Shown: in pieces, positions 52,490 through 61,563 of the stretch
Layout of the letters: each line of letters begins with the position of its first letter
How positions within the stretch are numbered: the stretch's first letter is position 1
Source of the DNA: an uncultured cyanobacterium
Lineage (GTDB): Bacteria; Cyanobacteriota; Cyanobacteriia; Pseudanabaenales; Pseudanabaenaceae
Reading direction: 5' to 3'
Assembly: GCA_963703315.1 (NCBI GenBank)
Contig: OY969811.1
Coordinates: 4,064,001-4,128,000 of the forward strand
Length of the DNA stretch: 64,000 bases
Made by a program: the position numbers and the translations under genes
Notes under the pieces: generated by a model
Databases searched by the model: none
Told to the model about the DNA's origin: nothing
The model's input: the letters and a program-made list of their open reading frames with translations, nothing else

Positions 52490-53482
52490 CTAAGTTGTTG
52501 CCCAAAACATATTGATCACGTACATATACAAAGGAATCCCGACAATGATATTGAAGGGAAATGTCACCGCTAGAGCTGTTGACACATAGAGGCTAGGATT
52601 TGCTTCTGGCACAGTTAGACGCATAGCAGCAGGGACGGCAATGTAGGAGGCACTGGCGCATAACACCGCAAATAACAGCGCATCTCCCTGCGACATCGAA
52701 ATTAATTTAGCGATCGCAATACCAACACCCGAATTTAAGATCGGCATCAAAATCGCAAAAGCAATTAAGAACAGACCAGTTTTTTGTAAATCCTTAATGC
52801 GTTTGGCGGCAACTAAGCCCATATCCATCAAGAAGAACGTCAACACGCCGTAGAACATATCTTGGGTAAAGGGCGATAAAACGTGCCAACCTCTCTCACC
52901 AGTTAAGCAACCAATAATCAAACTGCCAACCAGCAAAAATACAGAACTATTAAGAAATGCTTCTCGTAAAACTTCTGACCATACAAATTCGCTAGTCTCG
53001 CCTTTTTTCGCCTTTTCCTCGGCTGTAAATAAACTTACGAGGATCAGTCCCACAATGATTGCAGGAGATTCCATCAGAGCTAAAGCTGCCACCATGTAGC
53101 CATCAAAGGAAATACCTAATTGACCCAAAAATGAGCTAGCGGTAATAAAGGTAACCGCACTAATCGAGCCGTAGGTTGCGGCGATCGCGGCGGCATTATA
53201 GGAGTCAAGCTTGATCTTGAGAATAAAGAATGAATAGACAGGGACAACGCAAGCCATCAGGATCGCCGCCACCATTGTCAGAATTACTTCTTGGCTGATC
53301 CCACTTTTTACTAGCTCCACACCACCCTTAAAGCCAATCGCTAGTAGTAAATACAACGAAAACAATTTCGGAATCGGTGGTGGAATCTCTAGGTCTGATT
53401 TAATCAAAACCGCCATCATTCCTAGAAAAAAGAACAAAATCGGCGGATTGAGTATGTTAGAAACAATTAAGTCTAAATTCAT
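52490..53482 (-). CDS. sbtA: Sodium-dependent bicarbonate transporter SbtA family
   Basis: KSDLEIP, AIGFKGG, TYGSISAVTF, MESPAI, ASASYIAVPAA, TFPFNI. Confidence 0.9.
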   Translation of the reverse strand: MNLDLIVSNILNPPILFFFLGMMAVLIKSDLEIPPPIPKLFSLYLLLAIGFKGGVELVKSGISQEVILTMVAAILMACVVPVYSFFILKIKLDSYNAAAIAATYGSISAVTFITASSFLGQLGISFDGYMVAALALMESPAIIVGLILVSLFTAEEKAKKGETSEFVWSEVLREAFLNSSVFLLVGSLIIGCLTGERGWHVLSPFTQDMFYGVLTFFLMDMGLVAAKRIKDLQKTGLFLIAFAILMPILNSGVGIAIAKLISMSQGDALLFAVLCASASYIAVPAAMRLTVPEANPSLYVSTALAVTFPFNIIVGIPLYMYVINMFWATT

Positions 53483-53521
53483 CGGGACAAATCCACATTA
53501 AAGAATTTTTTAAAAACAAAC

Positions 53522-53625
53522 TAAGTATCTAGGCACAATTAAAAACCAGATCTAAAACCTGTGGCGCACGCTGCGCGTGCGCCACAGGTTTTAGGGTTTT
53601 ATATTTAATTGTGCCTAGATACTTA
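53522..53625. mobile_element. 104-bp TA-flanked MITE, copy 2 of 3
   Basis: Perfect terminal repeat TAAGTATCTAGGCACAATTAAA/TTTAATTGTGCCTAGATACTTA; identical core palindrome. Confidence 0.85.
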
Positions 53626-53829
53626 AACCAAACAAATTAATACATGATGACAGTCTACAGAATTGTATGGCGATCGCAATTGCAAATGGGTTGTAAGCAA
53701 CACACCGTTGCATTCACCTTTGCCTTCTTTTCTTATAACCAAAAGAGAGTTGCGCCGCTTCGCGGCGCAACTCTCTTTTTGGTTTTGTCCTAACATATAG
53801 CAAAGTATAGTTTTTGGGAGAATATCAAG

Positions 53830-54534
53830 ATGACAGCGATCGCCCCTCCCCCCATCAAACAACAGGCAGATTTAGCAGATACTCAATCCCAACAACTGAT
53901 CACCGATCAGTGGATTACTGCAACGTGGGACGAATTTATACAGGTTCTCGAAAATCCCCTATATGTAGAATCTCGATGCTATTACGACAAAAATCAAATT
54001 AAGCAAATGAGGATTGAAACTATGCCTGTTGGCTCTGAACACGCAGATGATAATACGCTGATCATTTTTGCAATTAGCTTATACTGCACCTTAAAAAATA
54101 TTCCTGCTAGAGGTTTAACTAATTGCAGTTATGTCAAAACAGGATTTCAAGGTTGTCAGCCAGATATCTCCTATTACATCGGTGAAATCGCCGCCCTCGC
54201 TCCTCGCAGCAGTTCCATTGTTAGCCTTGACGAATCGCCTGTACCGAATTTGGTAATTGAAATATCTAGCTCTACGATTAATGATGATTTAGGCAAGAAA
54301 CGTTTACTTTATGAACAATTGGGGACTAGTGAATATTGGGTAGTTGATGTCCAAGAGGTGAAAATTATTGCTTTAGAAATGCTAGAAAATGGCGGCAGTC
54401 GGCAGATCACTGCATCTAAATTATTAGGTGGCTTAGCGATCGCTGATCTCGAAGAAGCGCTAAAAATCAGTCGTGAAAAATCGCAATCGGAAGTTGGGGC
54501 ATGGCTCCTACAAAAATATAGCCATAATTCCTAA
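53830..54534 (+). CDS. Uma2 (DUF820) family putative endonuclease
   Basis: ATWDEF, QPDISYY, PNLVIEIS, DDLGKKRLLYE, EYWVVDV. Confidence 0.9.
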   Translation: MTAIAPPPIKQQADLADTQSQQLITDQWITATWDEFIQVLENPLYVESRCYYDKNQIKQMRIETMPVGSEHADDNTLIIFAISLYCTLKNIPARGLTNCSYVKTGFQGCQPDISYYIGEIAALAPRSSSIVSLDESPVPNLVIEISSSTINDDLGKKRLLYEQLGTSEYWVVDVQEVKIIALEMLENGGSRQITASKLLGGLAIADLEEALKISREKSQSEVGAWLLQKYSHNS

Positions 54535-54708
54535 AAGTCCGTCTCGAAGAGACAGACTTTTAGGATATTCAAAAGTTTAGCTAGGTATTTTAAAATCAAA
54601 CGCTATACTATGTTTAGACATTAAGCTGCACAATATTTACTGATTAGTTGCCTCGCCAATTCCTCAGCAGATATATCCCGAAATCCATAACCATTCATAG
54701 TTGGAAAA

Positions 54709-55326
54709 ATGAGCGAACCAACTCCCTACGAAAAACTAGGAGTCAACGACGAAGCCTCCTTTGAAGAAGTGCGTGATGCACGCGATCGCCTATTGCGCGA
54801 ATATGAGGGGGATGAGTCTCAACAAGAAGTGATTGAGTTGGCTTACGATGCCATCCTCATGGATCGTTTACGCGCCCGCAAAGAAGGCAAGATCGCTGTC
54901 CCTGATCGCATTCGTTATCCCGAACGCTTATCCACAGCTATTCCTGCGACTCTCCAAAATAATCCACAGCGTCGCGCCCCATCTTGGTTGTCGAAACTAT
55001 TAGATACACCCAGCCAAAAAGATATTTATATTTCCCTAGGAATTTTTGCAGGGCTTGGGGCAGTTAGTTTCTTTATTCCTGCGGCTACTACTTGGTTGTC
55101 CTTTGGCTTGATTGCCAGTGTTTATTTGCTGACCCGCAAAGAAAACCGTTTTGGAAGAGCTTTGCTGATCTCCCTATCAGGAATTACGATTGGTGTCTTG
55201 TTAGCAACTTTGACTAATCAAGTGTTAGTGCTGTCGCGTTTAGTTGGTGATGGATTTTTTCCTAGCTCGATCCAGATGGTGATTATTTTATTAGTGATGT
55301 GGCTTCATGCTTGTTTCTTACGTTAG
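54709..55326 (+). CDS. CPP1-like (DUF3353) J-like membrane protein
   Basis: PYEKLGV..ASFEE, AYDAILMDRL, IR(Y)PE, C-terminal TM helices. Confidence 0.85.
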   Translation: MSEPTPYEKLGVNDEASFEEVRDARDRLLREYEGDESQQEVIELAYDAILMDRLRARKEGKIAVPDRIRYPERLSTAIPATLQNNPQRRAPSWLSKLLDTPSQKDIYISLGIFAGLGAVSFFIPAATTWLSFGLIASVYLLTRKENRFGRALLISLSGITIGVLLATLTNQVLVLSRLVGDGFFPSSIQMVIILLVMWLHACFLR

Positions 55327-55361
55327 GAATTACTTAAAAACTAGGCGAGCAGGAGCAAAAA

Positions 55362-55634
55362 GTGACCTCTATCTCCATCAATCAATTTACGAGTAATTTA
55401 CAGGGCTTTGTAAAACAAGTAATTCAACAACATATTGCCCTCAAAATCACGAACCAAGATGGTGCAGATTTTGTTCTGGTTAGTGCTGAAGATTGGGAGC
55501 AACAACAAGAAACTTTGTTTGTTTTGCAAAATAGCAACCTTATGGAGCAAATATCTCGTTCTATGGTCACTCATGCCCAAAATCAAGGTTATTGTCCCAG
55601 TAAAGAAGAACTAAATGAGATACTTAGTCTTTGA
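55362..55634 (+). CDS. Phd/YefM family antitoxin
   Basis: FVLVSAEDWEQQQETLFVL; overlaps the toxin start. Confidence 0.85.
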   Translation: MTSISINQFTSNLQGFVKQVIQQHIALKITNQDGADFVLVSAEDWEQQQETLFVLQNSNLMEQISRSMVTHAQNQGYCPSKEELNEILSL

Positions 55635-55881
55635 GGGTGATACGTGGGAGGCTTATGAGGAACTGAGGCAAAAGGATAAAAATCTGCATAAAAGCCTTTG
55701 CAAACTCATCAAGGAAATTTTGAGGGAAGATCCCACTAAGGGGACTGGTAAGCCTGAGCCATTGAAACATAATTTATCTGGTTTGTGGTCAAGAAGGATT
55801 TCTCAAAAAGATCGTCTTATTTACAAATTTGATGACAAATACGTTTATATTTTCGCTATCGCTGGTCACTACGATCAATAA
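55615..55881 (+). CDS. yoeB: Txe/YoeB family toxin
   Basis: GTGKPEPLKHNLSGLWSRRI..DRLIY..GHY. Confidence 0.9.
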   Translation: MRYLVFEGDTWEAYEELRQKDKNLHKSLCKLIKEILREDPTKGTGKPEPLKHNLSGLWSRRISQKDRLIYKFDDKYVYIFAIAGHYDQ

Positions 55882-56000
55882 CAAATCATAACCAAAACCC
55901 AAAAGATAGTTGCGGCGCTTTGCGCCGCAACTATCTTTTGGGTTTTGGCTTAACATAAATGGCTATAGCTATATTGATATTGTAGAAAAACAGATCAAAC

Positions 56001-57716
56001 ATGACTTTAAGTAATGCAACTTTGGGTATCGCCCAGCTTAATCCAATTATTGGCGATTTGGTCGGTAACTGCGATCGCATAGTCGCTGCGGTACAGAAAT
56101 TGGCGGCTCAAGGTGTGCAGCTTGTGGTCACACCAGAATTATCAATTTGTGGCTATCCACCTCGCGATTTGTTGATGAATCAGCAATTTGTGCGCGATAT
56201 GGAAACCGCGATCGCCGATCTAGCACGTAAACTACCGTCCGATGTGGCGGTACTAGTGGGGACAGTTTCGGTAAATCCCAAGGCGAACCAAGAGGGGGGT
56301 AAACCTTTATTTAATAGCGCGGCTTTGCTGCAAGGGGGTAAGGTTCGGCAAATTTTTCATAAGCGGTTATTGCCAACCTATGACGTATTTGATGAAGATC
56401 GTTATTTTGCGGTGGGGAGTGGTAGCCAAGTTTTTACATTAAATCTGAAAGATTGTGCATCGCTGCGAGTGGGAGTGACCATTTGCGAAGATATTTGGAA
56501 TGATCAGAAATTTTGGAATAAGCGCAACTATGTTGATGATCCTGTTGCCGAGCTTGCTCAAAATCATGAACTAGATTTGTTGATTAATTTGTTGGCTTCT
56601 CCCTACGCGGTGGGGAAACAGAACTTACGGGAAGCGATGCTCAGCCATAGCGCGATCTCCCACAACTTGCCTGTGATTTATGCTAATCAGGTGGGTGCAA
56701 ATGACGATTTGATCTTTGATGGGCGCAGTATGGCATTTAATCGTCAAGGCGAAGTTATTGCTCTGGGCAAAGGGTTTGAGGAAGATTTATTAGTAATTGA
56801 TTTTGATAATGCGGGGTATAGCCCGACTTTATCCATGTATGAAAGTGATGATGCCGAGATTTTTGATGCTCTCGTTCTCGGTGTACGCGACTATGTGCAG
56901 AAATGTCGCTTTCGCCAAGTGGTGATTGGTTTGAGTGGCGGGATTGACTCCGCACTTGTCGCCGCGATCGCTGCCGAAGCGATCGGTAAAGAGAATGTAT
57001 TGGGTGTGCTGATGCCTTCACCCTATAGTTCCGCACATTCGATTACCGATGCGATCGCCTTAGCTGATAACTTAGGGATTTCTACCCAGACTATTCCCAT
57101 ACAACCGATGATGTCAGCCTTTGATGCGAGTCTGGCGAATCTATTTGCAGATCGCAATAGCGATGTCACGGAAGAGAACTTGCAATCACGGATTCGCGGT
57201 AGTTTGCTGATGGCAATCTCCAATAAGTTTGGACATTTACTGCTTTCTACGGGCAACAAATCCGAAGTTTCCGTTGGTTACTGCACTCTTTATGGTGATA
57301 TGAATGGCGGACTGGCGGCGATCGCGGATGTCCCCAAAACAAGAGTATTTTCAATTTGTGAATGGCTAAATCGCACTAATTCGCTTCTATCGATTAAGCA
57401 AGGAGTTTCGGAAGTCATTCCTGTGAATATTATTACGAAGCCACCCAGTGCGGAATTAAAGCCCGATCAGCTTGATCAAGATTCGCTTCCTCCCTACGAT
57501 ATCCTTGACGATATTTTGGAGAAACTAATCCATCAACATCTCTCGGCTCAGGAAATTATTGCCACAGGACATGAACAGGCGATCGTCGATCGCGTAGTTC
57601 GTCTGGTCAAAATTGCGGAATTTAAACGCCGTCAAGCTGCCCCTGGACTAAAAATTAGCGATCGCGCCTTTGGTTCTGGTTGGAGAATGCCGATCGCTAG
57701 TAAAGTTACTTCATAA
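56001..57716 (+). CDS. nadE: Glutamine-dependent NAD+ synthetase
   Basis: Nitrilase domain (TPEL, KRLLPTYDVFDE, ICEDIW) plus GLSGGIDS, ENLQSRIRG, TGNKSE, PSAEL. Confidence 0.95.
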   Translation: MTLSNATLGIAQLNPIIGDLVGNCDRIVAAVQKLAAQGVQLVVTPELSICGYPPRDLLMNQQFVRDMETAIADLARKLPSDVAVLVGTVSVNPKANQEGGKPLFNSAALLQGGKVRQIFHKRLLPTYDVFDEDRYFAVGSGSQVFTLNLKDCASLRVGVTICEDIWNDQKFWNKRNYVDDPVAELAQNHELDLLINLLASPYAVGKQNLREAMLSHSAISHNLPVIYANQVGANDDLIFDGRSMAFNRQGEVIALGKGFEEDLLVIDFDNAGYSPTLSMYESDDAEIFDALVLGVRDYVQKCRFRQVVIGLSGGIDSALVAAIAAEAIGKENVLGVLMPSPYSSAHSITDAIALADNLGISTQTIPIQPMMSAFDASLANLFADRNSDVTEENLQSRIRGSLLMAISNKFGHLLLSTGNKSEVSVGYCTLYGDMNGGLAAIADVPKTRVFSICEWLNRTNSLLSIKQGVSEVIPVNIITKPPSAELKPDQLDQDSLPPYDILDDILEKLIHQHLSAQEIIATGHEQAIVDRVVRLVKIAEFKRRQAAPGLKISDRAFGSGWRMPIASKVTS

Positions 57717-57749
57717 TTGGAAAGCTGCCTACGGCAGCTTTCCAATTCG

Positions 57750-59132
57750 TTATTTCCAGATGTTGTTCCAGAAAGGAGTTTCTACTGGATCAGGCAGACT
57801 TGAGATATTCATTTTGCGGCGAATATCAGCGATGTTCCAGCCTGTTAAACTTGCCAGAGTTTGGGCTTCTTTTTCAAAGCGAGGTCGTAGCGATCGCTGA
57901 TATTCTTTAGCGGCATCACAGGTTGCCTCACCTTTAAAGGGATGCTGCAAAATATAGCGTCCTTGGAATAATTCCTGATTGGAAGTTTCCTTAAATGTCA
58001 GATCTTCAGGGAATTTATCGCGGTTATAGCGAATGTGTAAACGGGTAATGAATACGCGATTATTGCTAGGAGGTCTAGGTAAAATCCGCCGAGATGAGGG
58101 CTGACTAGGATTAGAAGCGCCAATCCAAAATACTCCTGCTTTACGAAGTTCTTCCTGCGAGAGTGGTTCCGCAGAGCAAGGATCACAGTTTGACATATCC
58201 CACGCATATTCTAAGAAGGCAACTTTGCGCCCTTCTTTATTATAAGAATTTTGGAACATGGACTTATAGAAATCACCAAATTCATTCTTCACATAAATAG
58301 GAATATTGGCATTGGATGGAACTTTAAGCGTGCGATAGTTAGCAACTTCGGCTTGTCCCTTGGGGGAAAGGATATACACTAGCAAATCCTGATCACCATT
58401 GGCATTCAGCATTCCTAAACGAATTGGCAACATGAACTTCGGTGATTCATAAGCCATCATCAAAGGTCGGAGAACTTGCGAACCCGTTTTATTTAATGCG
58501 GCAATATTGACCTTTGCCACAAAGAACTTCATGTTTTGGCGAATATAGGGCTGGAGTAAATCCTTAGCTCCTTGGGGAATTTTGTAGTCATTGTCAATCA
58601 GCCAAGCTTCCAAACCATCTGACTCTTTAGCACTGAGAATGAGAATGTCATATTCGCCAACGGAAAATTTCGCTTCAATTGTGACTTGATAGTTATCACG
58701 CCGTGCTTTGGATTCCATGACAGGAGCTGCCGATCTGGTTGCTCCCCCAAGAGTTACCCGATCATAAGCTTCGTATCTAGCACAGGGATCGGAGTCAAAG
58801 TATTCGACCAAACGAGGAGCGCTAAAGGAATCAAGGCGATCAATGATTTTCTGCTCACCGATCCGAACTTGCTTTTCTTTCAGCAATACTGGCACTGGCA
58901 CAACTAGAGCGAAGTCTTTAACATCACCTTGATAGTCATTTGCCATCGTTAAGACAGTGCGCTTGCCATCACGGGCGATCACCACTTGCGAAGCTTTGTT
59001 AAAAAGACTGGCATCGGCTTGCGACACATAAAATCCACAGAAAGCAAAAACGGCAGGCGAATAGGCAAAGACAACTAAACAAGCAAGGGCGGTACTCACA
59101 AGTACACGCATCCAACTCAGAAATTTTTTCAT
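57750..59132 (-). CDS. DUF2330 domain secreted protein
   Basis: Signal peptide then AFCGFYV, SAPRLVEY, MLPIRLG, EYAWD..CDPC. Confidence 0.85.
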   Translation of the reverse strand: MKKFLSWMRVLVSTALACLVVFAYSPAVFAFCGFYVSQADASLFNKASQVVIARDGKRTVLTMANDYQGDVKDFALVVPVPVLLKEKQVRIGEQKIIDRLDSFSAPRLVEYFDSDPCARYEAYDRVTLGGATRSAAPVMESKARRDNYQVTIEAKFSVGEYDILILSAKESDGLEAWLIDNDYKIPQGAKDLLQPYIRQNMKFFVAKVNIAALNKTGSQVLRPLMMAYESPKFMLPIRLGMLNANGDQDLLVYILSPKGQAEVANYRTLKVPSNANIPIYVKNEFGDFYKSMFQNSYNKEGRKVAFLEYAWDMSNCDPCSAEPLSQEELRKAGVFWIGASNPSQPSSRRILPRPPSNNRVFITRLHIRYNRDKFPEDLTFKETSNQELFQGRYILQHPFKGEATCDAAKEYQRSLRPRFEKEAQTLASLTGWNIADIRRKMNISSLPDPVETPFWNNIWK

Positions 59133-59195
59133 ATATCTATCCTTGAAAATCAGTGATATGAGTGAGAGTGCGAAGCGCTCTCATTCATATTGGTT

Positions 59196-60107
59196 TTAGT
59201 TAGAAAGCAAAGCACTGTAGCGTTTCGGTAACCATTGGAAGCGTGGCGCATTCCAGATGCGATCGCATAAAACTGTGAGCGGTGAAATCAGAAATAACGC
59301 ATAAAACATCGCATCAGCATTAAAGAAAACATTACGGAAGATAAAAGCTAAAACCGCGATCGCCACTGCCCAGATTAATCGCGCCACTTTAGCATTCGGA
59401 ATGGAACGCGGATCGGTAATCATAAATAGCGCAAACAGCAACAGAGAGCCACTCGTAAGGCGATGGGCTAAGACATCCCAAGTCCAACCCAGCCAAAGAT
59501 TTCGTAGTCCTTCTAAAATTGCATAGGAGGCTAAAAACATTAAGCTCGTATCCCAACGCCCGACTTTTTTGAGAACGATGCCGCCTAAACCGAGAAAGAC
59601 TAGAGCGTATAAACTATCTTCGCCCCATTGTCCGTTAGATACCCATGCATGATTATCCCAAACAAAAGTATCGAGCAACAAAACGACAACGATTCCGAAG
59701 TTAGCAGGATTGAACCAATGTTTGCCGTTAGTACGGAAGATAAATTTGCTCGCGATCGCTAAAAATGAAGCACAGGCGATCGCGCTATAACTATCGGAGC
59801 GTAGTAATAAACTTAAACCCAATGCAGTAATCGTCGCACTTTTGAGCGATAACCAGCGTTCCTGCTTTTGCGGTGTTGCGGGTGGGAATATACCGATCAT
59901 GCATATTTGGGTTAACCAACAAGTCACAAAGGTAATGGCGATCGCGATCGGCTTCAGTGACCAGTCACGGGTGCTTACACCTAGCAGCAAAAAGACCGAC
60001 AGAAACAGAATCTGATAATCACGGGCATCTTTGAAAGGGGTGATGCTGAAAGTGAAAAAAGTGGAAAGCGATCGCGGTATCGCAAAAGGCAACTTCAATG
60101 ACTGCAT
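59196..60107 (-). CDS. RnfD/NqrB-like membrane protein
   Basis: AIASKF..KHWFNPANFG, FMITDPR motifs; multiple TM helices. Confidence 0.8.
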   Translation of the reverse strand: MQSLKLPFAIPRSLSTFFTFSITPFKDARDYQILFLSVFLLLGVSTRDWSLKPIAIAITFVTCWLTQICMIGIFPPATPQKQERWLSLKSATITALGLSLLLRSDSYSAIACASFLAIASKFIFRTNGKHWFNPANFGIVVVLLLDTFVWDNHAWVSNGQWGEDSLYALVFLGLGGIVLKKVGRWDTSLMFLASYAILEGLRNLWLGWTWDVLAHRLTSGSLLLFALFMITDPRSIPNAKVARLIWAVAIAVLAFIFRNVFFNADAMFYALFLISPLTVLCDRIWNAPRFQWLPKRYSALLSN

Positions 60108-60248
60108 AGCTTTCTGATTAACCGTAAAGTTTGCATCAGTATAACTGCCAAAATTTTAAGAATGCCATCTGTTGCACTTTTTGTAACGATCACTAATCCC
60201 AAAAAAGTAGAACGGGTCGCAAAGTGACCCGTTCTACTTTTTAAAAAT

Positions 60249-60458
60249 TTACTTTTCGTGATTATCACGAATCGTTTTTGATAGTGTAAACGTTGATGAG
60301 ATAGAAAAAACATAACCCATACCAACAAAGGCTTTTTGCCAAGAGTTACCCTCCAGATAGAAGATTCCAATCCCAGTTCCTACCGTAGAGATAATAAAGG
60401 CTGCCCAGACTTGCATAATCCAAGCTGGGGTATCCTTACCGAGTCCCGTTTGGCGCAT
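60249..60458 (-). CDS. YiaA/YiaB family small inner-membrane protein
   Basis: Two TM helices, W.KAF..MG..F, TLSKTIRDNHE. Confidence 0.8.
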   Translation of the reverse strand: MRQTGLGKDTPAWIMQVWAAFIISTVGTGIGIFYLEGNSWQKAFVGMGYVFSISSTFTLSKTIRDNHEK

Positions 60459-60532
60459 ATTTTTTCATCTCCAATAATTTTACAGTTGTGATTATAGACT
60501 GGTTAACCCGTAAATCATTCACCAATATGTAC

Positions 60533-60636
60533 TAAGTAGCTGGGCATAATTAAAAACCAGAGCCAAAACCTGTGGCGCACGCTGCGCGTGCGCCACAGGT
60601 TTTGGGGTTTTATATTTAATTGCACTTAGCTACTTA
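60533..60636. mobile_element. 104-bp TA-flanked MITE, copy 3 of 3
   Basis: TAAGTAGCTGGGCATAATTAAA...TTTAATTGCACTTAGCTACTTA; identical core palindrome. Confidence 0.82.
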
Positions 60637-60708
60637 TAAATAGTGTTTCATAGTCTAGTACAAAGGATGGATTGTTTCCCCGCCTTCGGCGGGGAAACAA
60701 TCATAATT

Positions 60709-61380
60709 TTATGGAATATATTCTTTAGTTGGTTCTATCCCTAACTCTTGTCGCCACTCTAGCAAGGGTCTCCCCCAATTCTCTTCCCATTTCTTGGCAA
60801 AAAAGGGTTTAGCTTTCGCACCTAGTCGATAACCGATCGCAATCTGATCTAACAATTTATCCAATTGTTCAGGATGCTTAAATAAGGTACTGAGTAATCC
60901 ACCTGCAATCAGAACTGCGGACATGGTGCGATGCGTCTGGGCTAGCTCAAAAGCCTTTAATCCTAACTCACCGAAAACATCAGTACTAAATCCAGCGACA
61001 ATGTGCCAGATATCGTGAGTTTGACGCATCCGCAAGAGAAAATAGCTGACATCATCTTCGACCTTAACGAGACGATAGAAGTTGGGATCGAAACCAGAAT
61101 CTTTGATATAGGTTGCATAGGTATGCCCAAGGGATTCTGTCGGTAGCTTTAGTAAAGCTTCTAGATCAACGGGTGGCGATACATAACGCTCTCGAAAGAG
61201 TTCTGCTACTTCAGGTTTAGCCTTGACATACTCCACCGCTAACTCCGTTGCTTTGGTATGGCGCAGACCATCTTCCACATCATACACAGATTCCGTTTGA
61301 GCGGGATCTCGCAATAAAGTGACGACCCCTTTCAGTGTCGAGAGATAATCAAGATTTTGTCGCAAATTTCCTAATGCCAT
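60709..61380 (-). CDS. Coq4 family protein
   Basis: LP.ESLG..Y, RQTHDIWH..GF..GE metal motif, WEENW..PL..WR.ELGI. Confidence 0.85.
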   Translation of the reverse strand: MALGNLRQNLDYLSTLKGVVTLLRDPAQTESVYDVEDGLRHTKATELAVEYVKAKPEVAELFRERYVSPPVDLEALLKLPTESLGHTYATYIKDSGFDPNFYRLVKVEDDVSYFLLRMRQTHDIWHIVAGFSTDVFGELGLKAFELAQTHRTMSAVLIAGGLLSTLFKHPEQLDKLLDQIAIGYRLGAKAKPFFAKKWEENWGRPLLEWRQELGIEPTKEYIP

Positions 61381-61563
61381 AGTTCCTCGGTTAATAAAGG
61401 TCTGGGGAATGGATCAAATTAGGGACGCGCAGTAAAACAAAGAGCCGATTTTTTGTGGCGCGGCGAAGCTGCGCCACAAAAAATTTGGTTCTTTATTAAA
61501 TCGCAGAACCCTTAGATAATATCATATTAATTTTAGAAAAAGCATCGCTAAGCGATGCTTTTT

